Assembly: GCA_965226495.1 (NCBI GenBank) | Contig: OZ245365.1 | Span: 2,432,001 to 2,496,000 of the forward strand | DNA length: 64,000 nt | Source: Candidatus Marinacidobacterales bacterium | Lineage (GTDB): Bacteria; Acidobacteriota; Vicinamibacteria; Marinacidobacterales; DATDRI01 | Reading direction: 5' to 3' | Shown here: positions 41,463-51,161 of the stretch, piece by piece | Numbering within the stretch: the first letter of the stretch is position 1 | Layout: each line of letters begins with the position of its first letter | Program-made: the position numbers and the translations under genes | The notes under the pieces: generated by a model | What the model was told of the DNA's origin: nothing | Database searches by the model: none | What the model saw: only the letters and a program-made list of their open reading frames with translations

Positions 41463-42488
41463 TCAAGGTCGGCCGTTGATAGCAGTCTCGAGGTCAGCCA
41501 ATGTCTCCATCAGTTTGTCGAAATCGGGCGGCTCGTCGAAGAACATTTCGCTCATTTTTCCATAGTCCGCTCTCAGCTCTGCGGCCAGGCGATCATGGGG
41601 CACGAGCCTGAGGGTCCCCGGACGAGCCTCGTCGTACTTGGCCCAAGCCGAGCGAAAGAATCGACGTTTGTGCTCCGCTACTGCGAGGAGGAGGTCCAGG
41701 TCCCGCAATGCCCTCTCCCGTACGTCGCTAAGGGCGAGCATGGCGAGATCATAGTAATGTCGCGATTTTCGTTCATTAGCGCTCGCCTTCCCTACCCTAT
41801 GGTACTCGGCGTGCAAGATCGTAGCCTTCTCCCAAAATGTTCGCTCGGCCTCCAATGTATTGACCGAAGAGACAGCACGGCTAAAGGAGTCAGGGAACAC
41901 CTCAGCCGTGTACGGTCTGATTTCGTAAACCTGCGCAGGCCAATGATCCGACCGGGCTCCGAATTCGAGTTGCACCGCGGGCTCAACGTAGGAGGAGCTC
42001 CCAGGATCTACGGCTGAAGGTATTGCAGGATAAGAGAATACAACCAGAAGGGGCCGTTCGCTATCGATCTCCAGACGCCAGGAAGAGGAGTCTCCGAGCA
42101 CTTCTAAGAAGATCGACTTGAGGTTGGGTACAAGGCGGTCCCGCAAATAGGCGATCGCTTCGACTTGTAACTCGTCGAGGAGTCTTTCCGTTTCCTTCCC
42201 GCTAGGCGCATTCGCTGGGTCTCGCTCGTCCCGAAAACCGAAATCGTGGCGATCCAAAGACAAGTCGATGTCTTCAGAGAACCTATTGATGACTCCGAAG
42301 ACCTTCGAAAGTGAAGTTCCACCCTTGAACAATAGAGAGGGAGGTTCTTGCCGTTCCTGGAAGAGCTTGCTCAGTGTCCAGCAGACCCAAAAGTCTTTTT
42401 CGATGATCGCGTCATCAAGGTTGCGGCGATTGGCTGTTTCCCGGCAAAGCTCCGCACGCTCTTGAGCCGCGCGGGCTATCCCATCCAC
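41463..42488 (-). CDS. abiEii: AbiEii/AbiGii nucleotidyltransferase toxin (type IV TA)
   Basis: IEKDFWV, LFKGGTSLSK, RFSEDIDL, RTFWEK and SRHYYD motifs. Confidence 0.93.
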   Translation of the reverse strand: MDGIARAAQERAELCRETANRRNLDDAIIEKDFWVCWTLSKLFQERQEPPSLLFKGGTSLSKVFGVINRFSEDIDLSLDRHDFGFRDERDPANAPSGKETERLLDELQVEAIAYLRDRLVPNLKSIFLEVLGDSSSWRLEIDSERPLLVVFSYPAIPSAVDPGSSSYVEPAVQLEFGARSDHWPAQVYEIRPYTAEVFPDSFSRAVSSVNTLEAERTFWEKATILHAEYHRVGKASANERKSRHYYDLAMLALSDVRERALRDLDLLLAVAEHKRRFFRSAWAKYDEARPGTLRLVPHDRLAAELRADYGKMSEMFFDEPPDFDKLMETLADLETAINGRP

Positions 42489-42501
42489 ACGCTATTCCTT
42501 A

Positions 42502-43098
42502 TTAGGTGCCCGCAATTTGCCTGATCACCTCTCGTGTCCAGTCCGGAGCACGGGCTACATAACGCTTGAGGTCTTTTTTCTGCTGAGGGGACAAGACCTT
42601 CCGTAGTTTGATAATGGTGTCGTCTCGCACCTGGTCTTTCCCGAAGTAGCGCAAGGCCTGGAACACAGTTCCGGACGGCAGACCGGCACCAACCAGATTT
42701 CTCTTAGAAGCGTGGCGGAGTGAAATGCTCTGATTGCCAATCTTGATCGTTCGGGATGGGCCGTCCGTTAGATAGACAACCTTCGCCGGGACCTGATCCG
42801 TGAGGCCCAGAGTATTCGCTGCTCGAGCGCCTGTAATTTGAATCTTGCTGCCAGTTTGTCGAGCCATTGCCTGAGCAACAACGATGGGAGCGGGCGACAG
42901 CAACCCCAGGCTCTTGCTGGTTTTGGGGTAGTCATATAGCCCCCAATTGAGCCGGCGGATCACCCCCTTACGGGCGAGACGAGAGAGCGTCTGATCGACC
43001 GCAGCACGACTCCCGATATCAAGGAAGTCTTTGGCAGAAAACACACTTCCCCGTCCCTTGTGTTGGATCCGTTGAAGAAGGCTTTTGCTGACAGTCAC
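42502..43098 (-). CDS. abiEi: AbiEi-type antitoxin (DUF6088-like)
   Basis: wHTH AVDQTLSRL..GLY; ANTLGLTDQVP..YLTDG; directly upstream of abiEii. Confidence 0.88.
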   Translation of the reverse strand: MTVSKSLLQRIQHKGRGSVFSAKDFLDIGSRAAVDQTLSRLARKGVIRRLNWGLYDYPKTSKSLGLLSPAPIVVAQAMARQTGSKIQITGARAANTLGLTDQVPAKVVYLTDGPSRTIKIGNQSISLRHASKRNLVGAGLPSGTVFQALRYFGKDQVRDDTIIKLRKVLSPQQKKDLKRYVARAPDWTREVIRQIAGT

Positions 43099-43112
43099 TT
43101 TCCTTGATCTCC

Positions 43113-43149
43113 TGTCAGAAATTATACCCTATATTTCTGACAAATGGAA
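43113..43149 (-). promoter_or_regulatory. abiE promoter with overlapping inverted-repeat operator
   Basis: TGTCAGAAAT-N10-ATTTCTGACA (43113-43142) overlaps a minus-strand TATAAT (43121-43126); TTCCAT lies 17 bp upstream. Confidence 0.7.
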
Positions 43150-43253
43150 GTCCAATCCTGCGGCCTTCCGCTGCAGTATAGATACTGGAGCTGAAGGAGT
43201 AAGCCCTCAGGTTAACCCATTCCTTGGCAACTACTTACGTCTGATTCTCGTCA

Positions 43254-43291
43254 ACGGTAACCCAGTACTATGTAGACTACCGGGTTACCGT
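43254..43291. promoter_or_regulatory. inverted-repeat operator of the divergent AbiEi-like gene
   Basis: ACGGTAACCC..GGGTTACCGT immediately before ATG 43293. Confidence 0.6.
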
Positions 43292-43292
43292 C

Positions 43293-45896
43293 ATGCCAAG
43301 GTTCCAATGACCCCCGATCCTTAGGCCGGTCTCTTCCGACCATCATCAGTTACTTTAGCTCCCTCCCCCAACGTGTTTTCACACTTCTGCGGTGCTCCAG
43401 GAAAAACAGGGCGAGTGGGAAGTCACTGGTGGCGTCGGATCAGAGCAGTTTACTCAATTCCTTTTCTTGAACAGTGTGCCCTTCACAACGTGGAGCTTAA
43501 ATTCCCCCACGCGAAGCACCGTCGCCTCGTCTGGGGCGAGGCCGACACTCTTCCATTTCAGCTCGCCCTATCGATCCAACCAGGATCCTACCGGCCTCAC
43601 GGCTCTGGGATGCCCATTCATGGGTTGACCAAGTCTCCTGGGGCCACCGTGTACGCCAACCGGAATCGACGTGGCTTTCAGCAGAATAGCTCGCGGGAGC
43701 TCCCAGGTCGCTCGTTATGGCCGACCGGAGCGTGTCAACAACATTGAGACACCCGGGAGCTGCATTTAGTGAGCCTCGATTGGTGTCAGGAGGCTCGTGA
43801 CGTGGTTTTTGTCCACGTCTGCCTGGATCGAGATCTCGTTACGTGGAGCGGAAAAAGGGGGGACCCCAGGTATGGACCACCCGGAGAAAGTGGTTCCTAG
43901 GCGATCCTCGCGCGTCTTTTTCTCAGGTGGAGGGTTGATCCAAGCCTGAGACGGCAAAACAGGGGGTTGAGGTCTTCCACGGACGAAGCGTTCGGGATGA
44001 GCCCGATGAGCGGCGAGGAGCGTGTGTCGGCGAGCCGCGTTGAGTTGTTCGGCGCGACCCTGATGAACGACGGCCGGTGTCATGAGACCGATTCCCGAGT
44101 GCCGGTGTTCGTAGTTGTAGTAGTCGAAGAAGTTGCGGGAGAACAGGCGAGCATCTTCGATGGAGCCGAAACGACGCGGGAACTGGGGGCAATACTTCAG
44201 CGTCTTGAACTGAGACTCGGAGTAGGGATTGTCGTTCGAGACGTGAGGTCGGGAGTGAGTCTTGGTCACGCCGAGATCGGCCAGGAGCAAGGCGACGGAC
44301 TTGCTTCGCATCGAGCTGCCCCGATCCGCGTGGATGGTGAGCTGGCCTGGTTCAATGCCTTGCTTGCGACAGCTCTCGCCGATGAGACGACGAGCGAGCT
44401 CGGCGCTTTCTCGGTGAGCCAGCATCCAGCCCGTCACGTAGCGGGAGAAGATGTCCAGGATGACGTAGAGGTAGTAGTAGGTCCACTTGACCGGACCACG
44501 AAGTTTCGTGATGTCCCACGACCAAACCTGGTTCGGGGTTTCGGCCAACAGCTCCGGCTTGCGGTAGTTCGGATGGCGCAGCTGGTTCCGGCGTTCTCGG
44601 ACTTCTCCGTGCTCCGACAATATCCGATACATCGTGCGGATCGAGCAGTAGTAGGTTCCCTCGTCCAGAAGCGTGGCCCACATTTCGGCGGGCGCCTTGT
44701 CGACAAACTGCTCGGAGTGCAAGGCGCCGAGCACCTGCTCTCGCTCGGTTTCGCCAAGGGCTCGGTGGGGCCGAGGGCGACGCTTCGGTCTGGACGTCAC
44801 CGGCCGACGACGACGATACAGCGTAGAACGAACGACTCCCAGGGCCTCACACGCTTCCGCTGTCTGTCCAATCCGTCCCGCCAGCTCCTCGGCCGCCGCC
44901 ATCAATCGTTCTCGTCGCTGTCGGGCGGATTCAGGGGGATCCCCAGGAGCTCGGAGGCTTTTTTTTGGATCTCGAGCATCGTCTCCACCCGAGCGAGGCG
45001 ACGCTTCAGTCGCGTGTTCTCGCGCGCGAGTTCCTTGACTCGAGGATCCTCGACCTTGCCCTTTCGTCCCCGCTTGATTGCGGCGAGCCCGACCCGGGAA
45101 TCGTTGACGGTACCGAGCGATCACCTCCCGACCCTTCTTCAGCCCTTGCTCGTAGCTGTTCGCATGGAACGACTCAAGGATGGCCCGATGTTCTCGAGGC
45201 GGTGCTTCTGGCAATCTCATCCCGCTGGCGACGCCAACTCGACAGGAGCGACGAGTACAGTCCTTCTCGACGCAGAAGCGCTCCCACATCGCCATCGCCC
45301 TTGCAGGCATCCGCTTCACGCAGTATCCGCAGCTTGTACTCCGCGGTAAAGCGTCGACGCTTCGCTTGTTCACTCACTTCGGGATCCGGGGCCACCACTG
45401 CTTCGCGGCGGGCGGGCTCTACAGTCGCCCTTCCGGCTCCTTCCGACCCCGCCAAGTTCGTCTTCTCAGTCAACAGACTCATTCATGATCCTCCTCCGCC
45501 TTCCACACTAATTTCAAGGGGCGGAGTGTCTCAAGCATGTTGGCACGGAGGGGACATCGAATTTGCTTACTATCCGGCAAGAACACCAACCAACTCGCCG
45601 TGAAAGAGACCAGGCTGCCCGACGGAGTTATTGTGACGGTAACGGATCTCGAACGCACCCTCGTAGATATCGTCGTACGGCCGGCCTATTCCGGAGGGAT
45701 TGCAAAAGTGCTGGAAGCCTACCGTGCTGCGTCGAAAAGGGTATCCGTTACGCGTCTTGCAACGCTGTTGACCCGACTCGACCACGCCTATCCCTATAGA
45801 CAGGCCGTCGGGTTCTGCCTAGAAGCAAGTGGCGGGTTTACGTCGAAAGAGCTCCAAAGAATGGCGTTTGCACTACCCTCGGCTGATCAACCGTAA
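43293..45896 (+). pseudogene. second AbiEi-family antitoxin, degraded and split by IS3
   Basis: LALSIQPGSY.PH..M.IHGLT before the IS; TDLERTLVDIVVRPAYSGG..YPYRQAVGFCLE after it. Confidence 0.65.
43726..45552 (-). mobile_element. IS3-family element
   Basis: 22-bp imperfect IRs at 43731 and 45526; orfA RRRFTAEYKLRIL; A8G slippery site near 44960; orfB VWSWDIT, HADRG, NDNPYSE. Confidence 0.92.
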
Positions 45897-46127
45897 GCGA
45901 TCCTCTAAGACCAAGGCTTCCGCACAGTGAAATGCTCGGGCAACAGACAGCGGGGCTTTAGAACGAGTACGGATTCGAGCTGCTCAACAAGTCCGACCGG
46001 GCCGGTGAGAGAACGGCATCTTCGCGCCCGGTGAAGCTGACGGTCGCCTTCGGCAACCGCTTTTGTTGGTCGAAAACCTGTTCGTGAAGAGATGCTCCCG
46101 TGTCTCAAGCGAACGCCTGGCTAGTTT

Positions 46128-46408
46128 GGCCTCATCCCACCAATACGATACCCAAAACCTTAAATTGACAAGCTGATCAGAAGGTCTGTATTCTACTTGT
46201 AACTCTAAAACCTTCCACACTCAATGAAAACCACGACTGACGGGAACGTGGACGTTAAGTGTCCTGACGAGGTGGAACTCCTCCGCGAGGCCCTCGACGA
46301 CCTCTCGGACTTGCCACATGGTTTGGCATCCGGTCTACTGGAGCTTCTCACTAATAAGGACGACAAACATCGCCCCACGTCGATACGTGAGCTCATCGAG
46401 GAGTTCGC
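46128..46408 (+). repeat. diverged direct repeat, copy 2
   Basis: aligns with 38740-39020. Confidence 0.9.
46165..46194 (+). promoter_or_regulatory. sigma70-type promoter of the defence operon
   Basis: TTGACA-N18-TATTCT; both boxes also conserved in copy 1 (38777-38806). Confidence 0.7.
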
Positions 46409-46418
46409 TCGTGAGTGA
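46224..46418 (+). CDS. 64-aa acidic helical protein, first gene of the operon
   Basis: overlaps the ATPase start (GTGAGTGA); differences from its paralog include many synonymous changes. Confidence 0.75.
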   Translation: MKTTTDGNVDVKCPDEVELLREALDDLSDLPHGLASGLLELLTNKDDKHRPTSIRELIEEFARE

Positions 46419-48726
46419 GCGCCTGCATCGCCTCGCCATGAAGGCCTTCCGGGGTGTCCCTGGTGAGCTAGTTGTCGACTTTGGCGAAGGCCAAAGCATG
46501 GCGGTCTTCGGTGACAACGGCACTGGGAAGAGCACGATCGCGGATGCCCTCGAGTGGTATTTCACCGGGCAGATCGAGCTTCTAACTCACGAGGGGCGCC
46601 AACACGCCATCCGGAACGTGACGCATGGCGACGACGACGCTACGGTCGTTGAGGTCGCGACGAATGGCTCCTTGGGTGGTGAGATCACGTGCAAGGACGG
46701 GGCTGCCGCCAATATCTCTGAGTTATCACGGAGGGAAACTCTCCTCCTGCGCGGCCGGACCTTGGCGGATTTCATTAACAAGACCAAGTCGGAGAAGTGG
46801 AAAGCTTTGGCGGAGATTCTCGGCCTCGAGGAAATTGAAGGGCTCCGCCAGGATCTCCAGCGGGCACACAATGATCTTCGAAAGGATGCGAAGGCCGCCG
46901 AGACGGAATTCAAGGCTTGTTGCGAGAGTCTTGGTCTCTCAGCAAAGGAGTCAGCAGAAGATACTCTCCTTGCCAAGATACGAGAGGCTTGCGACAAAGT
47001 GGGCATTTCCCCACCGTCTTCGCTTCAGGACGTGGCCGACGAGACCTGGTACCCATCGGGTGCCTCCAACGGCAATCCATCAGATCGTGCGACGGGCGTT
47101 CAGGGGCTCAATACTGCACTGAAGAGTCTGCCGGCTCCGGCATTCGACATGTCAGCTGTCGAGGAGTGGAACGGACTGCTCTCTTCTGCTCAGGCGGCGG
47201 ACGTAGCACGGTTCCGCTTACTGAAGGAGGCGGATAACTTGCTGCAGAGCTCGCCCGACGGCTCGGCGTGCCCGCTCTGCGGTCAACCGATTCCAAGAGA
47301 GAAACTCGTCCTGCAGGTAAGAGAAGCCGTCACGGGACTTCAAGAAGCGGCTGAGGAGCTCGAGGGTCGAAGGAGTGACCTCCAGCATGTCATCGATGAG
47401 CTCTCGGATGCAGAAAGCCGGCGTCAGACACTTATGGAACGCGGCGGAGTGCTGGAGCTCTCCTTTGCGCAGCTGCCATCCGACCCGAGAGACGCAGTGC
47501 GCGCATCCCTTCGGGAAAGAAAGCCCGTCGATCCAGCCGCTCTTACGAACTTCGAGCAAAACCTCATCCAATGGGACGGCGCAGCAAGACAGCTATGCCA
47601 GGATGCATCTCCACCGTCGTCCGAGACAGAGCAGGATGCCATCCTGGAGCTCGCGAGTCTCTGCGAGAAATCAAAGGTGTGGACGCGGGCCAAAGGTAAC
47701 GCCGCGCGTCTGCAGAAGGCTAGAGGTTTTGCAGACAAAATCCTCAAGGCTTACCAGAAGCGGCAGAAAACCTACCTGTCCAAGATACTCAAAGAAATCT
47801 CCGGTCGCGTCGCCGATATCTACGAGAAACTCCATCCGGGCGAGGGTCTCACTGGGATCGCCGTAGAGCCCTGGACCGCCAAAGGCATTGAGTTGGCGAT
47901 CGACTTTCACGGCACGCGCCAGCGGCCACCTCACGGGGTTTTGAGCGAGTCCCATCTCAACTCGCTGGCTATCGCACTCTTTCTAGCGATGGCTGAAACC
48001 TTCAATCAGAAGTTGGGTTTTCTCGTTCTCGACGACGTCGTGAACAGCTTTGACCTCGAGCATCGCGGCCAGTTAGCAAGCCTTCTCGCCAACGAATTCT
48101 CCGACTGGCAGCTCATCGTCCTGACGCACGACCATCTGTTTTTTGAACAGCTTGTGCGGCGAGCCCCCGCCTGGAAGAAGCTTGAGTTCACGTCCTGGAG
48201 TCATGAGGAGGGTCCTCGGACGACTCGTTATGAAACCGGCGGGATGTTGGCCAAAGCGCGGAAGTGTCTCGAAGACGACGACCTGACCGGGGCCGCGACC
48301 AAGGCCCGACGAGCTCTAGAGGAATTGCTCCAGGAGGTCTGTCAGGGAATTGCTGCTCCCCTGCCCTTCCGCCGTGGTGCAGGCAACGACCGGAGGGAGA
48401 TCGTCGAGCTCTTTTCCGGGTTGCGTAGGGGCCTCGACAAGTACGCAAAGCAAATGTTTCGAGAATTGAAGCCTCTGCTCGCGGATCTGGAAGCGGATGT
48501 TCAAGTGGCCCTCAACGTTGAGGCACACGCTAGCCAAGGCAAAGCCGCGACTAGTGAGGTCAGAGTCGCGCTTGAGCGGATCGGGCAACTGGATGACGTT
48601 TGGTCGTGCCCCTCGTGCCAGACCCGAATCTGGCTCATCGGTACGCCACAGTCGGCGATGTGCAAGTGCGGAAAGGGTCGTTATCCACCGGTCCCGGTCC
48701 CCGAGGCCCAGTCTGCCAACAAATAG
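46411..48726 (+). CDS. Rad50/SMC-like ABC ATPase with zinc hook and HEPN-like C-terminus (RloC-like architecture)
   Basis: Walker A GDNGTGKS; coiled coils around CPLC; signature LSESH; Walker B LVLDD; LTHD; C-terminal ARRALEELL..NVEAH and CPSC..CKC. Confidence 0.82.
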   Translation: MSERLHRLAMKAFRGVPGELVVDFGEGQSMAVFGDNGTGKSTIADALEWYFTGQIELLTHEGRQHAIRNVTHGDDDATVVEVATNGSLGGEITCKDGAAANISELSRRETLLLRGRTLADFINKTKSEKWKALAEILGLEEIEGLRQDLQRAHNDLRKDAKAAETEFKACCESLGLSAKESAEDTLLAKIREACDKVGISPPSSLQDVADETWYPSGASNGNPSDRATGVQGLNTALKSLPAPAFDMSAVEEWNGLLSSAQAADVARFRLLKEADNLLQSSPDGSACPLCGQPIPREKLVLQVREAVTGLQEAAEELEGRRSDLQHVIDELSDAESRRQTLMERGGVLELSFAQLPSDPRDAVRASLRERKPVDPAALTNFEQNLIQWDGAARQLCQDASPPSSETEQDAILELASLCEKSKVWTRAKGNAARLQKARGFADKILKAYQKRQKTYLSKILKEISGRVADIYEKLHPGEGLTGIAVEPWTAKGIELAIDFHGTRQRPPHGVLSESHLNSLAIALFLAMAETFNQKLGFLVLDDVVNSFDLEHRGQLASLLANEFSDWQLIVLTHDHLFFEQLVRRAPAWKKLEFTSWSHEEGPRTTRYETGGMLAKARKCLEDDDLTGAATKARRALEELLQEVCQGIAAPLPFRRGAGNDRREIVELFSGLRRGLDKYAKQMFRELKPLLADLEADVQVALNVEAHASQGKAATSEVRVALERIGQLDDVWSCPSCQTRIWLIGTPQSAMCKCGKGRYPPVPVPEAQSANK

Positions 48727-48796
48727 ACGGTGCGTGTTGCAGGAGATGCACCGTTGACGCGAACTCTTCTTTTGTTGATGTCTTGAAGGAGGCGAA

Positions 48797-51106
48797 GTGC
48801 GAGCTGACCCACTAACGCTAACGGCGGTCTTTGGCAAGGACGTTCGGTACGTCGTCCCCATGTTTCAGCGACCATATGTTTGGAACATGAAGGAGCACTG
48901 GGAGCCTCTCTGGGATGACATTCGGGGTGTCACTGAGCGGGTAGAGGATGCCAGGGTAAAAGCGGCAGCAACGGGGGAACAAGACGCCGCACCACCACAC
49001 TTCCTTGGTGCTATCGTTCTGGAGCTGATGCACACCGGGAGTGGCGCGATCGAAACCCGCAGCGTGATTGACGGGCAGCAGCGTTTGACGACGCTACAAG
49101 TTTTCATCGCCGCCGCGAAGGCGACTGCTGACTCCTTCGGGCTGGAGCAACAGGGACGTCTCCTGGGCAAGCTCCTCCTAAACGATCCCGACCTAGTCCA
49201 TGAGCCCGACCATGAGTTCAAAGTCTGGCCGACAAACTCAGACCGCGACGCCTTCAGAGCCGTGATGGGCGAGGAGCCGCTGTCCGCGCTTCCCCAAACG
49301 GCGTCCATGAAGCTGGGGACAACGATGCAATACTTCAAGAGCGTCGTTGATACGTGGGCGCGTGAAGTACCTGAGGACGAGCGCGAGGCACGTTTCTCCG
49401 CGTTGGTGTCAACCCTGCGCGCGCATATCAAGGTGGTCGCGATTGACTTGGATCTAGAGGACAATGCTCAGGTCATCTTCGAAACCTTGAACGCGCGCGG
49501 AACGCCTCTGCAGGCAGCGGATCTGATCAAAAACCTGTTGTTCCAGCGCGCCGATAAAGAAGGGGCAACGGTCGACGTTCTCTACGAGAAGCACTGGGCG
49601 CCATTCGATCGGGAGTCGTGGCGACGAGAGGTCCGCCAGGGGCGGTTGATGCGGCCTACGCTCGATGTGTTTCTCAGCCACTGGCTTGCGATGGTGAAGG
49701 AGCATGAGACCCTCATTCACCAACTCTATCCAGCGCTCCGGGACTACGTGAACAGCTCAGGCTTGCGCGCCGCAGAAGTCATGGCGGATCTGTCGCGATC
49801 GTCTGGGATCTATCTCGAGATGCAGCAATACCCGCGGCGAAGCGCGGAGGGTCAGTTCTTCTATCGCCAAACCCTCATGGACACTACGACCACGGTGTCT
49901 CTTTTGTTGTACCTTTTCCGGCTTGGCGCAGACGAGTTCCTACCAGCACGCCGAGCAAAAGCACTCAAGGTTCTGGAAAGCTATCTCGTGCGCCGTATGC
50001 TGTGTCGGCTCACCGGGAAGTCCTACAACCAGATATTCCTCGCCCTCCTCGCCGAAGTGAAGAAACGACCGGCATCCGCTGATATCGTGTTCGTGGAGTT
50101 CTTTCAGCGCCAGGGAGGCGAGAGCCGATCATGGCCGACCGATGCCGAGGTCCGGGACAGCATCTCGTCGACGCCGCTGTACACGGCTCTTTCTAGAAGC
50201 CGCGTTCGGCTGGTTCTGGAAGCGCTTGAACAGGCGATGCGAACCGACCTCAGTGAGAACGCTCAAGCTGACTCGGTCCTCACCATCGAACATCTCCTTC
50301 CGCAAAACTGGAAGGAGCACTGGCCTTTGCCAGCCGATGTGGATCCGGAACTCGGCGCTGTAACCCGGGACAAAATCAAGCACACCCTGGGCAACCTGAC
50401 GCTGGTCACAGGCAAGCTCAACAGCGTGGAATCCAACCGTGGCTGGACGGAAAAGAAGGAAGCCCTTCGCGAACACAGCGTTCTGCGTATGAACTTGCGC
50501 CTCTTGAAGGATGACCCAGCCGCGTGGGACGAGCGATCGATCACGGCGCGTAGCGCGGAGCTCGCGGAGATGGTCCTGCAGCTATGGCCTGGCCCTGACT
50601 CAACCTTGTGGCAGCAAGCGCCGAGCGCCTCGACCCTCGCTAGTGGGCAAGAGCGCGTTGCTGAATCCCCGGCGCCGGTGACCTCATCGGTCAATGACGC
50701 GCCAAAAACGGCCGACGAGCTCGTCCGGATGGTGATTGAAACGCGCGCTCCTGTGGGCGTGGGGCGGATGCTCGCGGAGGCGCTCGTGGGCGAGCTACAG
50801 TCGTGGTCTGAAGTGCTCGCCAAACCCGGAGAGACCACGAAGACGGAGGATGGCCTGACGAACTACATCATGCTGCATCGTCGGAAGTCGGGCGTCGGGT
50901 CATTCCTTTACGTTCGGCCCAAGGCCGACCACGTGCGCCTCGACTTCCGGCTGCCTCGCGAGTACGCCGACGGTCACGCGCATGCCGTCGGGCGCGACGT
51001 ATCCGCTCGTAATATTTACCAAGTCCGGATGCGGCTGAAATCCTTGGACGATGTACCCGAGGCCCTTGATCTGGCGCGAGCCGCGTTCGAAAACGCGGGC
51101 GGCTAG
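48797..51106 (+). CDS. gmrSD: GmrSD-type modification-dependent restriction endonuclease (DUF262+DUF1524) with an extra C-terminal domain
   Basis: FQRPYVW, DGQQRLTT, FETLNARG, IEHLLPQ and LGNLTL..N motifs. Confidence 0.9.
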   Translation: MRADPLTLTAVFGKDVRYVVPMFQRPYVWNMKEHWEPLWDDIRGVTERVEDARVKAAATGEQDAAPPHFLGAIVLELMHTGSGAIETRSVIDGQQRLTTLQVFIAAAKATADSFGLEQQGRLLGKLLLNDPDLVHEPDHEFKVWPTNSDRDAFRAVMGEEPLSALPQTASMKLGTTMQYFKSVVDTWAREVPEDEREARFSALVSTLRAHIKVVAIDLDLEDNAQVIFETLNARGTPLQAADLIKNLLFQRADKEGATVDVLYEKHWAPFDRESWRREVRQGRLMRPTLDVFLSHWLAMVKEHETLIHQLYPALRDYVNSSGLRAAEVMADLSRSSGIYLEMQQYPRRSAEGQFFYRQTLMDTTTTVSLLLYLFRLGADEFLPARRAKALKVLESYLVRRMLCRLTGKSYNQIFLALLAEVKKRPASADIVFVEFFQRQGGESRSWPTDAEVRDSISSTPLYTALSRSRVRLVLEALEQAMRTDLSENAQADSVLTIEHLLPQNWKEHWPLPADVDPELGAVTRDKIKHTLGNLTLVTGKLNSVESNRGWTEKKEALREHSVLRMNLRLLKDDPAAWDERSITARSAELAEMVLQLWPGPDSTLWQQAPSASTLASGQERVAESPAPVTSSVNDAPKTADELVRMVIETRAPVGVGRMLAEALVGELQSWSEVLAKPGETTKTEDGLTNYIMLHRRKSGVGSFLYVRPKADHVRLDFRLPREYADGHAHAVGRDVSARNIYQVRMRLKSLDDVPEALDLARAAFENAGG

Positions 51107-51161
51107 CAAGGGTCGGGCGCAGCCCGAACCCGAGGAATCACTGCAGAGATAGGAGAGCCAA

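Noticed and set aside
46224-48726. Lamassu, Wadjet or SbcCD assignment
   Set aside because: No upstream LmuA-type effector, JetABD or SbcD nuclease is seen; the ATPase carries its own C-terminal domain.
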